From positions 1,088,001-1,152,000 of the forward strand of contig OZ224045.1 in NCBI GenBank assembly GCA_963665325.3: a DNA stretch of 64,000 bases, written 5' to 3'. Source of the stretch: Alphaproteobacteria bacterium. GTDB taxonomy: Bacteria > Pseudomonadota > Alphaproteobacteria > Bin95. Below, one piece after another: positions 10,368 through 21,061 of this stretch; within the stretch, counting starts at the first letter, position 1; each line of letters starts with the position of its first letter. The notes below the pieces were generated by a model that saw only the letters and a program-made list of their open reading frames with translations, searched no databases and was not told the DNA's origin. Both the position numbers and the translations under genes were made by a program.

Positions 10368-12425
10368 GTGTCGGAATTAGCAACGGGATGCCGGGTCGCC
10401 GTCGATATCGGCGGCACCTTCACCGATTTCTGCATCTTCGACGAAGCGACGGGCGAACTGCACACGCTAAAGATCCTGTCGACGCCGGAGACTCCGGGCG
10501 CTGAAGTCATGCAGGGCATCGCGGAGTTGGACCGGCGCCACGGACAGCCGGCCGCCGGCATCGGGTTCTTCACCCACGGCACCACGGTGGGCGTGAACAC
10601 TGTGATCCAGCGCCGGGGCGCGGAGCTGGCGCTCTTCACGACGCGGGAGTTCGAGGACGTGCTGGAGGTCGCGCGCCTGAAGACGCCCGACCCCTATGAC
10701 ATCTTTTCGCGCCGTCCCGCGCCTCTCGCTCCGCGCGAGCGGGTTTACGGCATTTCCGAACGGATGCTCAAGGACGGCTCCGTTGAGACGCCGGTCGATC
10801 CCGCCGATGTCCGCGAGGCGGTGGCGAAGGCGAAGGCCGCCGGTGCGGACACAATTGTCGTGGCGCTGCTGCACGCCTATGCGAACCCAGTGAACGAACG
10901 CGCGGTGCGCGAGGCGATCCGGGAGGCCGCGCCCGACATGGCCGTGACCTTGTCCTCGGATGTCTGGCCGGTCATCCGCGAATATGAGCGCACCGTGACG
11001 GCCACCGTCGCAGGCTATGTGCAGCGGCGGGTGGCCGGCTATATCGGCTCGCTTCAGGCGGCGCTGCGGGATGCGGGCGTGCCGGCCGAGCCGATGATTA
11101 CCAAGTCGAACGGCGGCATCATGGCAGCCGAGCTCGGCAAGACCGATCCCATCGCCATGCTGTTGTCGGGGACGGCTTCCGGGGCCATCGGGGCGGCGGA
11201 TGCGGCTCTCGGCATCGGGGCCATGGATGTGTTGAGCTTCGATGTCGGAGGCACCTCGGCGGATGTCGCCGTCATTCAGGGAGGCAAGCCGGCCTTCGGC
11301 GCCGGCGAACTTGTGGGCGAGTTCCCGATTTATGTGCCGACGGTCTCCGTCACCTCCATCGGCGCGGGCGGCGGCTCCATCGCCCGGGTGGACGATTTCG
11401 GCGTGCTCAAGGTCGGCCCGGAAAGCGCGGGCTCGTCGCCGGGCCCTGCCTGCTACGGCCAGGGCGGCGAGCGGCCCACAGTCACCGACGCCTTCGTTGC
11501 AATAGGGCTTCTCGGGGCGGGCGAGCTCGGCTACGGCGCCGTCAGGCTGGACCGGGACGCTGCGGAGCGGGCCGTCAGCGGGATTGCGGAGCGGCTGTCG
11601 CTCGGGCTCCCCGAGGCGGCCGAGAGCATCGTCGATGTCGCGGTCTCCGGCATGTATCTCGAGGTTGCGAAGCTGATGTCGCGCCGGGGCGCGGATCCGC
11701 GCGCCTTCGCGCTGATGGCGTTCGGCGGCGCCGGGCCGATGCTGGGATGTTTTTTCGCGCGCGAGTTGGGCATTTCGCGAGTAATCGTGCCCCCGACGCC
11801 AGGTGTCCTGTCGGCCTATGGCGGCCTGATCGCGGACATCCGCAACGACTTCATCCGCACAGCCTTCGTCGAATTGGACACGGAGGGACTGGCCGTGCTG
11901 GAAGGCCACGCCGGCGAACTGGAGGCGCAGGCGCTCGCCTGGCTGCGCGAGGAGCAGGGCTTCCGGGGCGAGGCGCATCTGGCCTGGTCCGCCGACTTGC
12001 GATACCGGGGCCAGTCCTACGAGATCGAAACACCCGTCGACCGGGCGGATATCCGCGCGAGCCGCGTCTCGGCGCTGGCCGATGCCTTCCACGAGGAGCA
12101 TGCCCGCGTTTACGACCATGCAGACGCCGAAGCGCCGGTGCAGGCGGTCAATCTGCGTCTGACGGTCAGCGGCGCCGTGCCGAAGCCGGTTCTGGCGGAG
12201 GCTGCTGCCGTGCCGGGGCCGGCGGTCCCCAAAGGCCATGCAACGGTCTTTCTGGACGGCGCAGACCGCGAGGCGGCGCTCTACGACCGGGCCGGTCTCC
12301 TGCCCGGCCAGCACTTCGCCGGCCCTGCGGTCGTCTCCCAGGACGACTGCACCACCGTCGTTCCTCCGGGCTTCTCGGCCGAGGTCGATCTCCGGAGCAA
12401 CCTGATCCTCACGCTGGAGGGCTGA
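10368..12425 (+). CDS. Hydantoinase/oxoprolinase family, A subunit
   Basis: DIGGTFTD, HGTTVGVN, REYERT, FDVGGTSADV, GAGGGSIA, GPESAGS.PGPACYG, FGGAG motifs. Confidence 0.92.
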   Translation: MSELATGCRVAVDIGGTFTDFCIFDEATGELHTLKILSTPETPGAEVMQGIAELDRRHGQPAAGIGFFTHGTTVGVNTVIQRRGAELALFTTREFEDVLEVARLKTPDPYDIFSRRPAPLAPRERVYGISERMLKDGSVETPVDPADVREAVAKAKAAGADTIVVALLHAYANPVNERAVREAIREAAPDMAVTLSSDVWPVIREYERTVTATVAGYVQRRVAGYIGSLQAALRDAGVPAEPMITKSNGGIMAAELGKTDPIAMLLSGTASGAIGAADAALGIGAMDVLSFDVGGTSADVAVIQGGKPAFGAGELVGEFPIYVPTVSVTSIGAGGGSIARVDDFGVLKVGPESAGSSPGPACYGQGGERPTVTDAFVAIGLLGAGELGYGAVRLDRDAAERAVSGIAERLSLGLPEAAESIVDVAVSGMYLEVAKLMSRRGADPRAFALMAFGGAGPMLGCFFARELGISRVIVPPTPGVLSAYGGLIADIRNDFIRTAFVELDTEGLAVLEGHAGELEAQALAWLREEQGFRGEAHLAWSADLRYRGQSYEIETPVDRADIRASRVSALADAFHEEHARVYDHADAEAPVQAVNLRLTVSGAVPKPVLAEAAAVPGPAVPKGHATVFLDGADREAALYDRAGLLPGQHFAGPAVVSQDDCTTVVPPGFSAEVDLRSNLILTLEG

Positions 12426-14420
12426 ATGCCCATCGACAAGGTCACGCTGGAAATCCTGAAGAACCATACCCGCGCGGCGGCGGAAAGCATGGCCTACACG
12501 CTCTACCGCACGGCGCATTCGACCTTCGTGAAGGAGACCGAGGATTTCACCACCGGCCTGACCACGCCGGAGGGGGAGACCTTCGCCACGCCCACGGAGC
12601 TCGGCGCCACCTGGTTCGTCGGCCTCAATTACGGCCGGGCCATCGGCATGGTGGACGACTACCGGCCGGGCGACATCGCCATGACGAACGATCCCTATTC
12701 GGGCTTCGTGAGCACCCACTCGCCGGACATGCACATCTGGAAGCCGGTCTTCCACGAGGGCGAGATCGTGGCATTTTCCGTCGGCCACATTCACAACACC
12801 GATGTCGGCGGCGCTGTGCCGGCCTCGCTCTCCCGCACGCTATCGGAAATCCACCAGGAGGGCGTGCGCATCCCGCCCGTCAAGATCCTGGAGGAGGGCA
12901 AGCTCAACCGTCAGGTGCTCGACATCTTCCTCGCCAATGTCCGCGCGCCGGACCAGAACTGGGGCGACCTGAAAGCCCAGATTGCCGCCTGCAACACGGG
13001 CGAGCGCAAGGTCCACGAGATGATCGCCCGCTTCGGCGCAGACACCTTCCGCGAGGGCGTGGCGGACCTGCTGGACTATGCCGAGGCCCAGGCCCGCGCC
13101 ATCGTCCGCACCCTGCCCAACGGCACATACCCCTTCGCGGACTACATGGACGAGGATTCCGTCGATGGGCGGCCCTGCCGCATGAAGCTCACGGTGATAA
13201 TCCGCGACGAGGAGCTGATATTCGATTTTACCGGGTCCGACCCGCAGTTGGAATCGTCGCTCAACATGCCGACCGGCGGCGACGAACGCCATGTGCTCCT
13301 GCTGGTCGGCATGACCTATGTCCTCTATTCGCTCGACCCGTCGCTCTACCTGAACTCCGGCATCGCCCGCATCTGCCGCTGCATCCTGCCGTCTGGCACC
13401 ATGGTCAATCCGGAGTTCCCGGCGGCGGTCGGCATGCGGACGCTCAGCTGCTACCGCCTGCACGGGCTCACCTTCGGCGCCTTCGCCCAGGCCGCTCCGG
13501 ACCGCATGGCGGGCGCGCCGGGGTCGGGCGGGCCGATCGTGAATGTCAACACCATAGACAACCGCACGGGCCGGCGGATCATGGCGGCGATCAGTCCGAT
13601 GAGCGGCGGCGGCGGCGGGCGCGCGATGGAGGACGGCCAGGACGGCTCGGGCGCCAATCAGGGTTTCATGAGAAATACCCCGACTGAGGTGAACGAGGCG
13701 GAGGCGGGCATCAAGGTGCTTCGCTTCGGGCTTGCGCGCGACTCCGCCGGACCCGGTGTGCATCGCGGCGGGCTCGGCACGGAGCTGGTGTTCCAGACGT
13801 TTTCGCCGAACACCCGCGTGACGGCGCGCAACCGGGACCGCACGATCTTTACCGGCTGGGGCATCGAGGGCGGCCGCCCGGGCGGTCCGTCGAAGTTCAT
13901 CAAGAACCCGGGGACCAACCGCGAGGTGGACCTCAGGAACACCGACATTCTCTCCATCGGCCCCGGCGATGTCATCCATGTCACCTGCGGGGGCGCGGGC
14001 GGTTGGGGCGACCCGTTCCGGCGCGACCCCGATGCGGTGCTGCTGGACTGGCGGCGCGGCTGGGTGACTACGGAGCACGCCCGCGACGCCTATGGCGTGG
14101 TCATCGCCGACGGCGCGGTGGACGTTTCCGCCACCGAGGCATTGCGCGCTGGTCGCGGCGGCGGGGAAGTCAACGGCTTCTACGATGTCGGACCCGAGCG
14201 GGCGGCCTTCGAGTCCGTTTGGACGGACGCCAATTACGACGCGCTGACAGAGTGCCTGGCGGCGCTGCCCGTTCACTGGCGCTTCTACGCCAAGCACCGG
14301 ATCTTCGAGGCCGTCGACATGCTCGACCCTGCCACGCGGCGGGGCGACGGCTCCGAGGTGCGCGCGGCCTTCGATGCGCTCAGGGCCGAGTTTCCGCAAC
14401 TCGACGCGGCGCGGGGCTGA
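12426..14420 (+). CDS. Hydantoinase B/oxoprolinase family subunit
   Basis: RTAHSTFVKE, NDPYSG..THSPD, HNTDVGG, QEGVRIPP, DFTGSDPQ, GGAGGWGDP. Confidence 0.92.
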   Translation: MPIDKVTLEILKNHTRAAAESMAYTLYRTAHSTFVKETEDFTTGLTTPEGETFATPTELGATWFVGLNYGRAIGMVDDYRPGDIAMTNDPYSGFVSTHSPDMHIWKPVFHEGEIVAFSVGHIHNTDVGGAVPASLSRTLSEIHQEGVRIPPVKILEEGKLNRQVLDIFLANVRAPDQNWGDLKAQIAACNTGERKVHEMIARFGADTFREGVADLLDYAEAQARAIVRTLPNGTYPFADYMDEDSVDGRPCRMKLTVIIRDEELIFDFTGSDPQLESSLNMPTGGDERHVLLLVGMTYVLYSLDPSLYLNSGIARICRCILPSGTMVNPEFPAAVGMRTLSCYRLHGLTFGAFAQAAPDRMAGAPGSGGPIVNVNTIDNRTGRRIMAAISPMSGGGGGRAMEDGQDGSGANQGFMRNTPTEVNEAEAGIKVLRFGLARDSAGPGVHRGGLGTELVFQTFSPNTRVTARNRDRTIFTGWGIEGGRPGGPSKFIKNPGTNREVDLRNTDILSIGPGDVIHVTCGGAGGWGDPFRRDPDAVLLDWRRGWVTTEHARDAYGVVIADGAVDVSATEALRAGRGGGEVNGFYDVGPERAAFESVWTDANYDALTECLAALPVHWRFYAKHRIFEAVDMLDPATRRGDGSEVRAAFDALRAEFPQLDAARG

Positions 14421-14424
14421 TCGC

Positions 14425-15174
14425 ATGGAGATCACGTTCCCCGGCAAGCGCGTCCTCATAACCGGAGTGGCGCGGGGAATCGGCCGCGCCATCGTCCACG
14501 CTTTCGCCGCCGAACGGGCAGAGGTCCATGCCGCGGACATCGAAGGCGAGCTGGCCCGGGATACTGCGGCAACGGCCGGGTTCCCGGTCGAGGCCCATAG
14601 CCTGGACGTCACCGATTCCGTGGCCGTCGATGCGCTTGTCGACGGGATCGGCCCGGTGGATATCGCCGTTCATGCCGCCGGCGGCGTGCGCGGCCGCATC
14701 GCTGGTCCGCTGGAGGAGGTGACCGACGATGACTGGCGCGCCATCCAGGCGGTGAACGTCGACGGCGCGTTCCATGTAGCCCGCGCGGTGACGCCGGGGA
14801 TGAAGGCGAAGGGGCAGGGGCGGATCGTCCTGATCTCGTCCGGTGCCGGCCTGCGTGTGTCGCGCACCGGCATCCATTCCTACGGCACGGCGAAGACAGC
14901 GCAGATCGGGCTGGCGCGCCAGCTTGCCTCCGAGTTGGGCCCGTTCGGGATTACGGTCAACGCGGTGGCGCCCGGCCTGATGCCGCAGACATCGCCGGAT
15001 TATGTCCGGCAGTGGGAGGCCCGCAGCCCGGAAGAGCGGGCCGCGATCGTCGAGGGTATCGCCATGCGCCGGCTCGGCAAGCCGGAGGACATCGCCCACG
15101 CGGTCCTGTTCCTGGCGTCAGACGGCGCCGAATGGATCACCGGCCAGGCGCTGCCGGTGATGGGTAGCCCGTGA
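14425..15174 (+). CDS. Short-chain dehydrogenase/reductase
   Basis: TGVARGIG, YGTAK, GITVNAVAPG; start MEITFPG at 14425. Confidence 0.88.
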   Translation: MEITFPGKRVLITGVARGIGRAIVHAFAAERAEVHAADIEGELARDTAATAGFPVEAHSLDVTDSVAVDALVDGIGPVDIAVHAAGGVRGRIAGPLEEVTDDDWRAIQAVNVDGAFHVARAVTPGMKAKGQGRIVLISSGAGLRVSRTGIHSYGTAKTAQIGLARQLASELGPFGITVNAVAPGLMPQTSPDYVRQWEARSPEERAAIVEGIAMRRLGKPEDIAHAVLFLASDGAEWITGQALPVMGSP

Positions 15175-15224
15175 GCGTCCGCTACGCGCTCAGCCTCGAT
15201 GTCGGCGGCACTTTTACAGATATC
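15171..15224 (+). pseudogene. 5' stub of a second hydantoinase/oxoprolinase A gene, truncated at the island boundary
   Basis: GTG overlapping the SDR stop (GTGA) reads MSVRYALSLDVGGTFTDI, the signature N-terminal motif; sequence then turns AT-rich and the frame stops soon after. Confidence 0.75.
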
Positions 15225-15471
15225 AAGATTTCGGTGATTCGGCACTCAACGACATGCCATGACGGGTATTCCAACCAACTGACAATCTAAATGTAACCCG
15301 TTGCTACAAAGATATATTTCTTATGAGGGCCGGGCTTGCGTCCGCGGCTCCAGTGCGCTTCAATGCGATCCCGATGATCCCCCGGTCGCTTTCGTATTGC
15401 TTACGCTTACGCCCCGCAGGACGACTTCCGGGAATCTCGGCCGCCGGTCGACAATCGCGAGGAGGTACTTC

Positions 15472-16629
15472 ATGGCCAAGCTGAAATACCGGACCATCTC
15501 CAAACGAACCGTTGAGGCCCTCGCGGTCGAGGACAAGGACGCCGTGTTCTGGGACGACAAGCTCCCCGGCTTCGGCGTCAGGGTGTATCCGACCGGCTCG
15601 AAGGTGTACGTGGTGCAGACGCGGCTGAAGGGCCGTTCGAGGCGGATCACGCTCGGACGCCACGGGGTGATCTCCGCCGACAAGGCGCGGCACAAGGCGG
15701 CCGAGACGATCGCGCTCATCAAGAGCGGCCAGGACCCCGAGGAGAAGCGTGCCTCGGAGGTCACGGTGGTGGAGCTCGCCGAGCGCTATCTCGAGGAGCA
15801 TGTGGACGTGCACTGCAAGCCGAGCACGCAGAAGATGTACCGCCGCATGTTGAAGCTCTTCATTCTGCCGGCCTACGGCCATCGCACGGTGGACGAGGTG
15901 GAGCGCCAGCACATCGCGAAGCTGCACCTCGAGCTGCGCGACACGCCCTATCAGGCCAACCGGGCGCTGGACATCGGGACGAAGCTGTTCAACCTCGCCG
16001 AGGAGTGGAAGCTGCGCACGGGCGGGAACCCGTGCAAGTTCGTGCGCAAGTACCGGGAGCACAAGCGCGAACGGTTTCTCACCGACGAGGAGTTCCGCCG
16101 GCTCGGCGAGGTGTTGACCGAGATGGAGACCGACGGCTCGCTGCCGGTCTACCCGGCCGCGGCGGTGCGGCTGCTGATGCTGACCGGGTGCCGTCGCAAC
16201 GAGATTCTCGAGCTCCGGTGGAAGCATGTCGACCTGACGGCGGGCGAACTGCGCCTGCCGGATTCGAAATCCGGGGCGCGCCTGGTGCCGCTGTCGCCGG
16301 CGGCGGCGCGGGTGCTGACGCGGCTGCCGCGCATCGAGGGCAACCCGTGGGTTATCCCGGGCACGAAGCCGGGGCGTCATCTGGCCGATCTCAATCACTA
16401 CTGGGAGCGCGTGCGCGAGCGGGCTGACCTTGCGGGCGTGCGCCTGCACGACCTTCGTCACAGCTTTGCGAGCCGGGCTCTGGCGCTTGGCGAGAGCCTG
16501 TCGATGATCGGGAAGCTGCTCGGTCACAACAAGATCGACACGACCGCGCGCTATGCGCATCTGGCGCGGGACTCCATCAAGGCGTCTTCGGCGCGGGTCG
16601 CCGACAGTATCGGCGCAGACATTTTGTGA
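15472..16629 (+). CDS. Tyrosine recombinase/integrase with N-terminal arm-DNA-binding domain
   Basis: WDDKLPGFGVRV..TGSK arm domain; TGCRRNEIL, DSKSG, HDLRHSFAS, LLGH...TARYAHL catalytic motifs; RBS GAGGAGG. Confidence 0.93.
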   Translation: MAKLKYRTISKRTVEALAVEDKDAVFWDDKLPGFGVRVYPTGSKVYVVQTRLKGRSRRITLGRHGVISADKARHKAAETIALIKSGQDPEEKRASEVTVVELAERYLEEHVDVHCKPSTQKMYRRMLKLFILPAYGHRTVDEVERQHIAKLHLELRDTPYQANRALDIGTKLFNLAEEWKLRTGGNPCKFVRKYREHKRERFLTDEEFRRLGEVLTEMETDGSLPVYPAAAVRLLMLTGCRRNEILELRWKHVDLTAGELRLPDSKSGARLVPLSPAAARVLTRLPRIEGNPWVIPGTKPGRHLADLNHYWERVRERADLAGVRLHDLRHSFASRALALGESLSMIGKLLGHNKIDTTARYAHLARDSIKASSARVADSIGADIL

Positions 16630-16818
16630 AGTGCCTGGGAGCCTGAGCCCCACCCTGTCAACGGCGCGGTCGCCTGGGGCCGGATCGCTTCACTCACCCA
16701 GACTGTTGTTAAGCGTGGAAGATTGACCCCCTGTTGGGGGTTATCGGCGTCCAAAATTGACCCCCCATGGATTGTGTCCATGAACACGCCCTGTCGTTGG
16801 ACGGACGGGGTGGGGGAG

Positions 16819-18333
16819 ATGCTGGTTGTGGAGACGATAGCGCGGATCCGTCGGGATCATCTGGTGAAGGGCGTTCCGATCAAGAAGCTGGCGCGGGATT
16901 TGAGGGTTTCGAAGAACACGATACGCAAGGTGGTTCGGGGCGATACGACCTCGCACAGCTATGAGCGCAAGATCCAGCCGATGCCGAAGCTTGGGCCTTG
17001 GGTGGCAGAGCTTGAGCGCCAGCTGGAGGCCAACGAGAAGAAGAAGCGCCGGGATCGCCTGTCCCTGCTGCAGATCCATGAGGACCTTGGCGAGCTGGGC
17101 TACAAGGGCGGCTATGACGCGGTCCGGCGCTACGCCAGGGCGTGGCGGCGCCGACGCCGTCTGTTATCGCCGTCGCAGGCCTATGTGCCGCTGATCTTCG
17201 ATCCGGGCGAGGCCTACCAGTTCGACTGGAGCCACGAGTATGCGCGTCTGGCGGGAGCGACGACCAAGGTGAAGGCGGCGCACATGCGGCTGTGCCACAG
17301 CCGCATGTATCTGGTGCAGATCTTTCCCCGCGAGAGCCAGGAGATGGTCTTTGAGGCGCACGAGCGTGCCTTCCGCTTCTTCGGCGGGGTCTGCCGACGG
17401 GGCATCTACGACAACATGAAGACGGCGGTGAACACGATCTTCGTCGGCAAGGAGCGTGCCTACAACCGCCGCTTCCAGGAGATGTGCTCGCACCATCTGG
17501 TGGAGCCAGTGGCGTGCACGCCAGGGGCGGGCTGGGAGAAGGGGCAGGTTGAGAAGCAGGTGGGAGACCTTCGCGGGCGTCTGTTCGCGCGCAGCCCGCG
17601 GGGCCGCTCCTACACCGAGATCAACGAGTGGCTGATGGATCGGTGCATCGAGGAGGCCAGGAAGCAGCCGCATCCGACGATCGAGGGCAAGACGGTGTGG
17701 CAGGTATTCGAGGAGGAGCGGCCCTTCCTGATGGCATACCGCGGTCCCTTCGACGGCTTCCATGCCAGCGAGGTGTCAGTCTCGAAGACCTGCCTGGTGC
17801 GCTTCGACAACAACCAGTACAGCGTCTCTGCCCGCGCGGTGGGACGGCCGGTGGACGTGCGGGCCTATGCCGAGCGGATCGTCATCCGCCAGGACGGCGA
17901 GATCGTCGCCGAGCATCCCCGGAGCTTCGGGCGCGGTCGGTTCGTCTACGATCCGTGGCATTACGTGCCGATCCTGACGAGGAAGCCCGGCGCACTGAGG
18001 AACGGCGCACCCTTCAAGGACTGGCAGTTGCCCAACGCGCTGGGCCGCCTGCGAACCCGGCTCGCCGGCCACGACGACGGCGACCGGCAGTTCGTCAAGA
18101 TCCTCGCGGCGGTGCTGGAGGACGGGCTGGAGGCGGTCGAGGCGGCCTGCGCCGAGGCGCTCGCCTGCGGCGCCTGCAGCGCCGACGTCGTGCTCAACAT
18201 CCTCGCCCGGCAGCGCCAGCCGGCACCGCCGGCAATCATCCCGACGCCCGAGGGCCTGAAGCTCCGCCACCAGCCGGTGGCCGACTGTCAGCGCTACGAC
18301 AGCCTGAGGGAGGCCGGTCATGGAGCGTCATGA
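16819..18333 (+). CDS. istA: IS21 transposase IstA
   Basis: HTH N-terminus, [27 protein letters not shown] (DDE), [12 protein letters not shown]. Confidence 0.93.
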   Translation: MLVVETIARIRRDHLVKGVPIKKLARDLRVSKNTIRKVVRGDTTSHSYERKIQPMPKLGPWVAELERQLEANEKKKRRDRLSLLQIHEDLGELGYKGGYDAVRRYARAWRRRRRLLSPSQAYVPLIFDPGEAYQFDWSHEYARLAGATTKVKAAHMRLCHSRMYLVQIFPRESQEMVFEAHERAFRFFGGVCRRGIYDNMKTAVNTIFVGKERAYNRRFQEMCSHHLVEPVACTPGAGWEKGQVEKQVGDLRGRLFARSPRGRSYTEINEWLMDRCIEEARKQPHPTIEGKTVWQVFEEERPFLMAYRGPFDGFHASEVSVSKTCLVRFDNNQYSVSARAVGRPVDVRAYAERIVIRQDGEIVAEHPRSFGRGRFVYDPWHYVPILTRKPGALRNGAPFKDWQLPNALGRLRTRLAGHDDGDRQFVKILAAVLEDGLEAVEAACAEALACGACSADVVLNILARQRQPAPPAIIPTPEGLKLRHQPVADCQRYDSLREAGHGAS

Positions 18334-19048
18334 TGTGCTGGAGATGATGACCCAGCTGAAGCTCGCAGGCATGCGAGCCGCCTATGACGACATCCTCGCC
18401 GACGGGCTCAAGCGCCGTCATCCGGTGCAGCAGATCATCGGTACGCTGCTGCAGGTCGAGATCGCCGACAAGAGGGCACGCTCGATCAAGTACCAGATGG
18501 CGTCCGCCAAGCTGCCCACGGCCAAGGAACTGGCCGACTTCGACTTCGCCGGCTCGCCGGTCAACGAGCCCCTGATCCAGGAGCTCGCCGGCGGCGGCTT
18601 CCTCGAGGGCCAGCGCAACATCGTCCTGGTCGGCGGCACCGGCACCGGCAAGACCCATCTCGCCGTCGCCGTCGCGCGCTCCTGCATCCGCAAGGGCGCC
18701 CGTGGCCGCTGCTACAACGTCGTCGACCTGGTGAACCACCTCGAGGCCGAACTCCGTGCCGGGCGCCAGGGCCGCACCGCAGACCAGCTCGTCCGACGCG
18801 ACTTCGTCATCCTCGACGAACTCGGCTACCTGCCCTTCGCCCAAGCCGGCGGACAGCTCCTCTTCCACCTCATGAGCCGGCTCTACGAGCGAACCTCGAT
18901 CGTCATCACCACCAACCTCGCCTTCGGCGAGTGGCCGTCCGTCTTCGGCGATCCCAAGATGACCACGGCGTTGCTCGATCGTCTCACCCACCATTGCGAG
19001 ATCATCGAGACCGGCAACGAGAGCTGGCGCTTCAAGAACCGCTCCTGA
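18320..19048 (+). CDS. istB: IS21 helper ATPase IstB
   Basis: [36 protein letters not shown]. Confidence 0.95.
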   Translation: MERHDVLEMMTQLKLAGMRAAYDDILADGLKRRHPVQQIIGTLLQVEIADKRARSIKYQMASAKLPTAKELADFDFAGSPVNEPLIQELAGGGFLEGQRNIVLVGGTGTGKTHLAVAVARSCIRKGARGRCYNVVDLVNHLEAELRAGRQGRTADQLVRRDFVILDELGYLPFAQAGGQLLFHLMSRLYERTSIVITTNLAFGEWPSVFGDPKMTTALLDRLTHHCEIIETGNESWRFKNRS

Positions 19049-19229
19049 CCCGCCGCCGGCCTCCCCTGCGGCCCGGTTGCCCCGGTGGGTCAACAGGGAC
19101 CCCCCACGCGGCTTCGCTCCGCGTAGCGTGAGACGCTACACGAAGCCGCGCGGGTCCCCCCTATTGACTACCGGGACAACCTCCACCGTGCCTCTCAGGG
19201 GGTCAATTTTGCACGCCGATAGGGGGTCA

Positions 19230-20327
19230 TTATTGAAAGCCGATTGACAGCCATGTCAGCACCGCCCGCTCGCCGACCTCGAACGGTCGCGAAATTCCGC
19301 CGCCGGCGTTCGGCCGCGAGACCCTCACCACAGCCTCGGGCCCCGCGGCGATACGGACCCCGTAGATCGACAGCCCGCCGCGGTAGCTGACTTCCTCCAC
19401 CTGTTCCGCAAGCCGGTTGGAGACGGCCATCCGGGGTGGCTCCTCCCCCGGCCGGGCGATGGCGATTGTCTCCGGCCGGATCGCGAGCCAGACGGCCTGC
19501 CCGCCCGGAATGCCGGGCGCCTTGCCCGCCGCCAGGCACGCACCCAACGACGATGCCTCGATCTCGAACGTCCCGTCGCCGGTCCGGCGGCGCGAACCGG
19601 CGATCAGGTTGACGGCGCCGATGAAGCCGGCGGTGAAGCGGTCGGCCGGACGTTCGTAGAGTTCGGCCGGCCGCGCCGTCTGTCGGATCCTGCCGCCTTC
19701 CATGACCGCCACGCGGTCCGCCATGGACAGCGCCTCTTCCCGGTCGTGGGTCACGAGCACGAAGGCGATGCCGACGGTCTCCCTGAGGCGGACGAGCTCG
19801 AAGCGCATCTGCTCGCGCAAGGGCGCGTCCAGGGCCGAGAGCGGCTCGTCCAGCAGCAGCGCCCTCGGCCGCTTGACGAGCGCCCTCGCCAGCGCGACCC
19901 GCTGGCGCTCTCCGCCGGAGAGCCGGTCCGGCCTCCGGCTCCCGTAGCCGCCGAGTGCAACCAGCTCGAGCGCCTCCGCCGCCCGGGAGCGCGCTTCCCC
20001 CCGTCCCACGCCCGACGCCCGCAACCCGTAGGCCACATTGTCGAGCGCCGAGAGGTGCGGGAACAGCGCATAGGACTGGAAGACCAGGTTGACCGGGCGG
20101 CGGTTCGCCGGCTCGAAAGTCAGGTCCCACCCGTCGATGAAGACCGATCCGGCATCGGGATGCTCGAGGCCCGCCAGCATCCTGAGCACCGTCGTCTTCC
20201 CGCAGCCCGAGGGGCCGAGCAGCGCAAAGAATTCGCCCGCGCGGATTTCCAGGCTCACACCCCGAACCGCGTCTATGGCGCCGAAACGCTTTTCGAGGCC
20301 CGTCGCGCAGATGACCGGCGCCGTCAC
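19230..20327 (-). CDS. Spermidine/putrescine (PotA/PotG-like) ABC ATPase; last few residues replaced by IS21 end
   Basis: GPSGCGKTT, VFQSYALFPHL, LSGGERQRVALARAL, VTHD.EEALSMADR, TOBE-like C-terminus; terminal SIGFQ* is encoded by the IS21 IR. Confidence 0.85.
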   Translation of the reverse strand: MTAPVICATGLEKRFGAIDAVRGVSLEIRAGEFFALLGPSGCGKTTVLRMLAGLEHPDAGSVFIDGWDLTFEPANRRPVNLVFQSYALFPHLSALDNVAYGLRASGVGRGEARSRAAEALELVALGGYGSRRPDRLSGGERQRVALARALVKRPRALLLDEPLSALDAPLREQMRFELVRLRETVGIAFVLVTHDREEALSMADRVAVMEGGRIRQTARPAELYERPADRFTAGFIGAVNLIAGSRRRTGDGTFEIEASSLGACLAAGKAPGIPGGQAVWLAIRPETIAIARPGEEPPRMAVSNRLAEQVEEVSYRGGLSIYGVRIAAGPEAVVRVSRPNAGGGISRPFEVGERAVLTWLSIGFQ

Positions 20328-20815
20328 AGGAAACCCTCTCGGAACCGCCAGTTCCTGAAGCCGAGGGCAAGCACCGTGGCGGCTGCCGTAACCGCAACCA
20401 GCACGGTCGAGGCGGCGTTGACCTCGGGCGTCACCGAGAAACGGACCATGGAATAGACCTTGACCGGGAAGGTGACCGTGCCAGGCCCCGAGGTGAAGAA
20501 GGTGATGACGAAATCGTCCAGCGACAGGATGAAGGCCAGCAGCGCGCCTGCCACGAGCCCGGGGCGCATATGCGGGACGACCGTGTCGCGGAGCGCCGCC
20601 CAGGGGCCCGCCCCGAGATCGCGCGCCGCCTCTTCCAAATCGCGGTTGAACCCTGCCAGCCGGGCACGGATCACGACCGCGACGAATGGAAAGGCGAAGG
20701 AGACATGCGCGACCCCGATACGCGAGAGGTTGAGCGGCCAGGGCAGGTCATCGGGCCAGCCGATGCGGGAAAAGAAGACCAGCATCGCCACGCCCATGCA
20801 GATTTCCGGAATCAC
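20324..20815 (-). pseudogene. PotC/PotI-like ABC permease, 5' half missing
   Basis: VIPEI, LEEAARDLGA, LSLDDFVITFF, PEVNA motifs; upstream sequence switches abruptly to an IS1595 fragment. Confidence 0.82.
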
Positions 20816-21061
20816 GAAGTATCGACCAACGGCATGGAAGCCTTGTGGAGCCTCTTCAAGCGCTCATACCACGGCACGTTCCACAAGCTGTCGCAGAAGC
20901 ACCGCGTTCGCTATGTGCGAGAGTTCGCTGGACGCCAGAATATCCGCGATATGGACACCATTGACATGATGCGCGTCCTCGTGCGCGGCATGGCCGGCAA
21001 GCGGTTGCGCTACCGCGACCTCATCGCCGATAATGGACTACCAAGCGGAGCGAGAGGATGA
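20816..21061 (+). pseudogene. IS1595-family transposase C-terminal fragment
   Basis: EVSTNGMEALWSLFKRSYHGTFHKLSQKH..RYVREFAGRQN...GKRLRYRDLIA matches the IS1595 TN.IE..W..LKR...G..H C-terminal pattern. Confidence 0.82.

Larger units (their letters stand above)
16704..19249 (+). mobile_element. IS21-family element #1
   Basis: TG...CA ends with repeated (A/T)TGACCCC and TATCGGCGT.CAAAATTGACCCCCC motifs at both ends; istA/istB inside; no target duplication found. Confidence 0.88.

Noticed and set aside
10467-12794. 775-aa minus-strand ORF (and similar long ORFs at 31668-34253, 58403-60508, 41492-43144, 15304-16653)
   Set aside because: Antisense shadows of well-supported genes in high-GC DNA; no motifs.
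15301-15471. N-terminal extension of the integrase in the ORF track
   Set aside because: Strong RBS and family-typical start at ATG 15472; the upstream part looks like att/promoter DNA.
16656-16666. TGTCAACGGCG matching the IS21 #2 terminal repeat
   Set aside because: Only 11 bp with no internal repeats following; compatible with chance.
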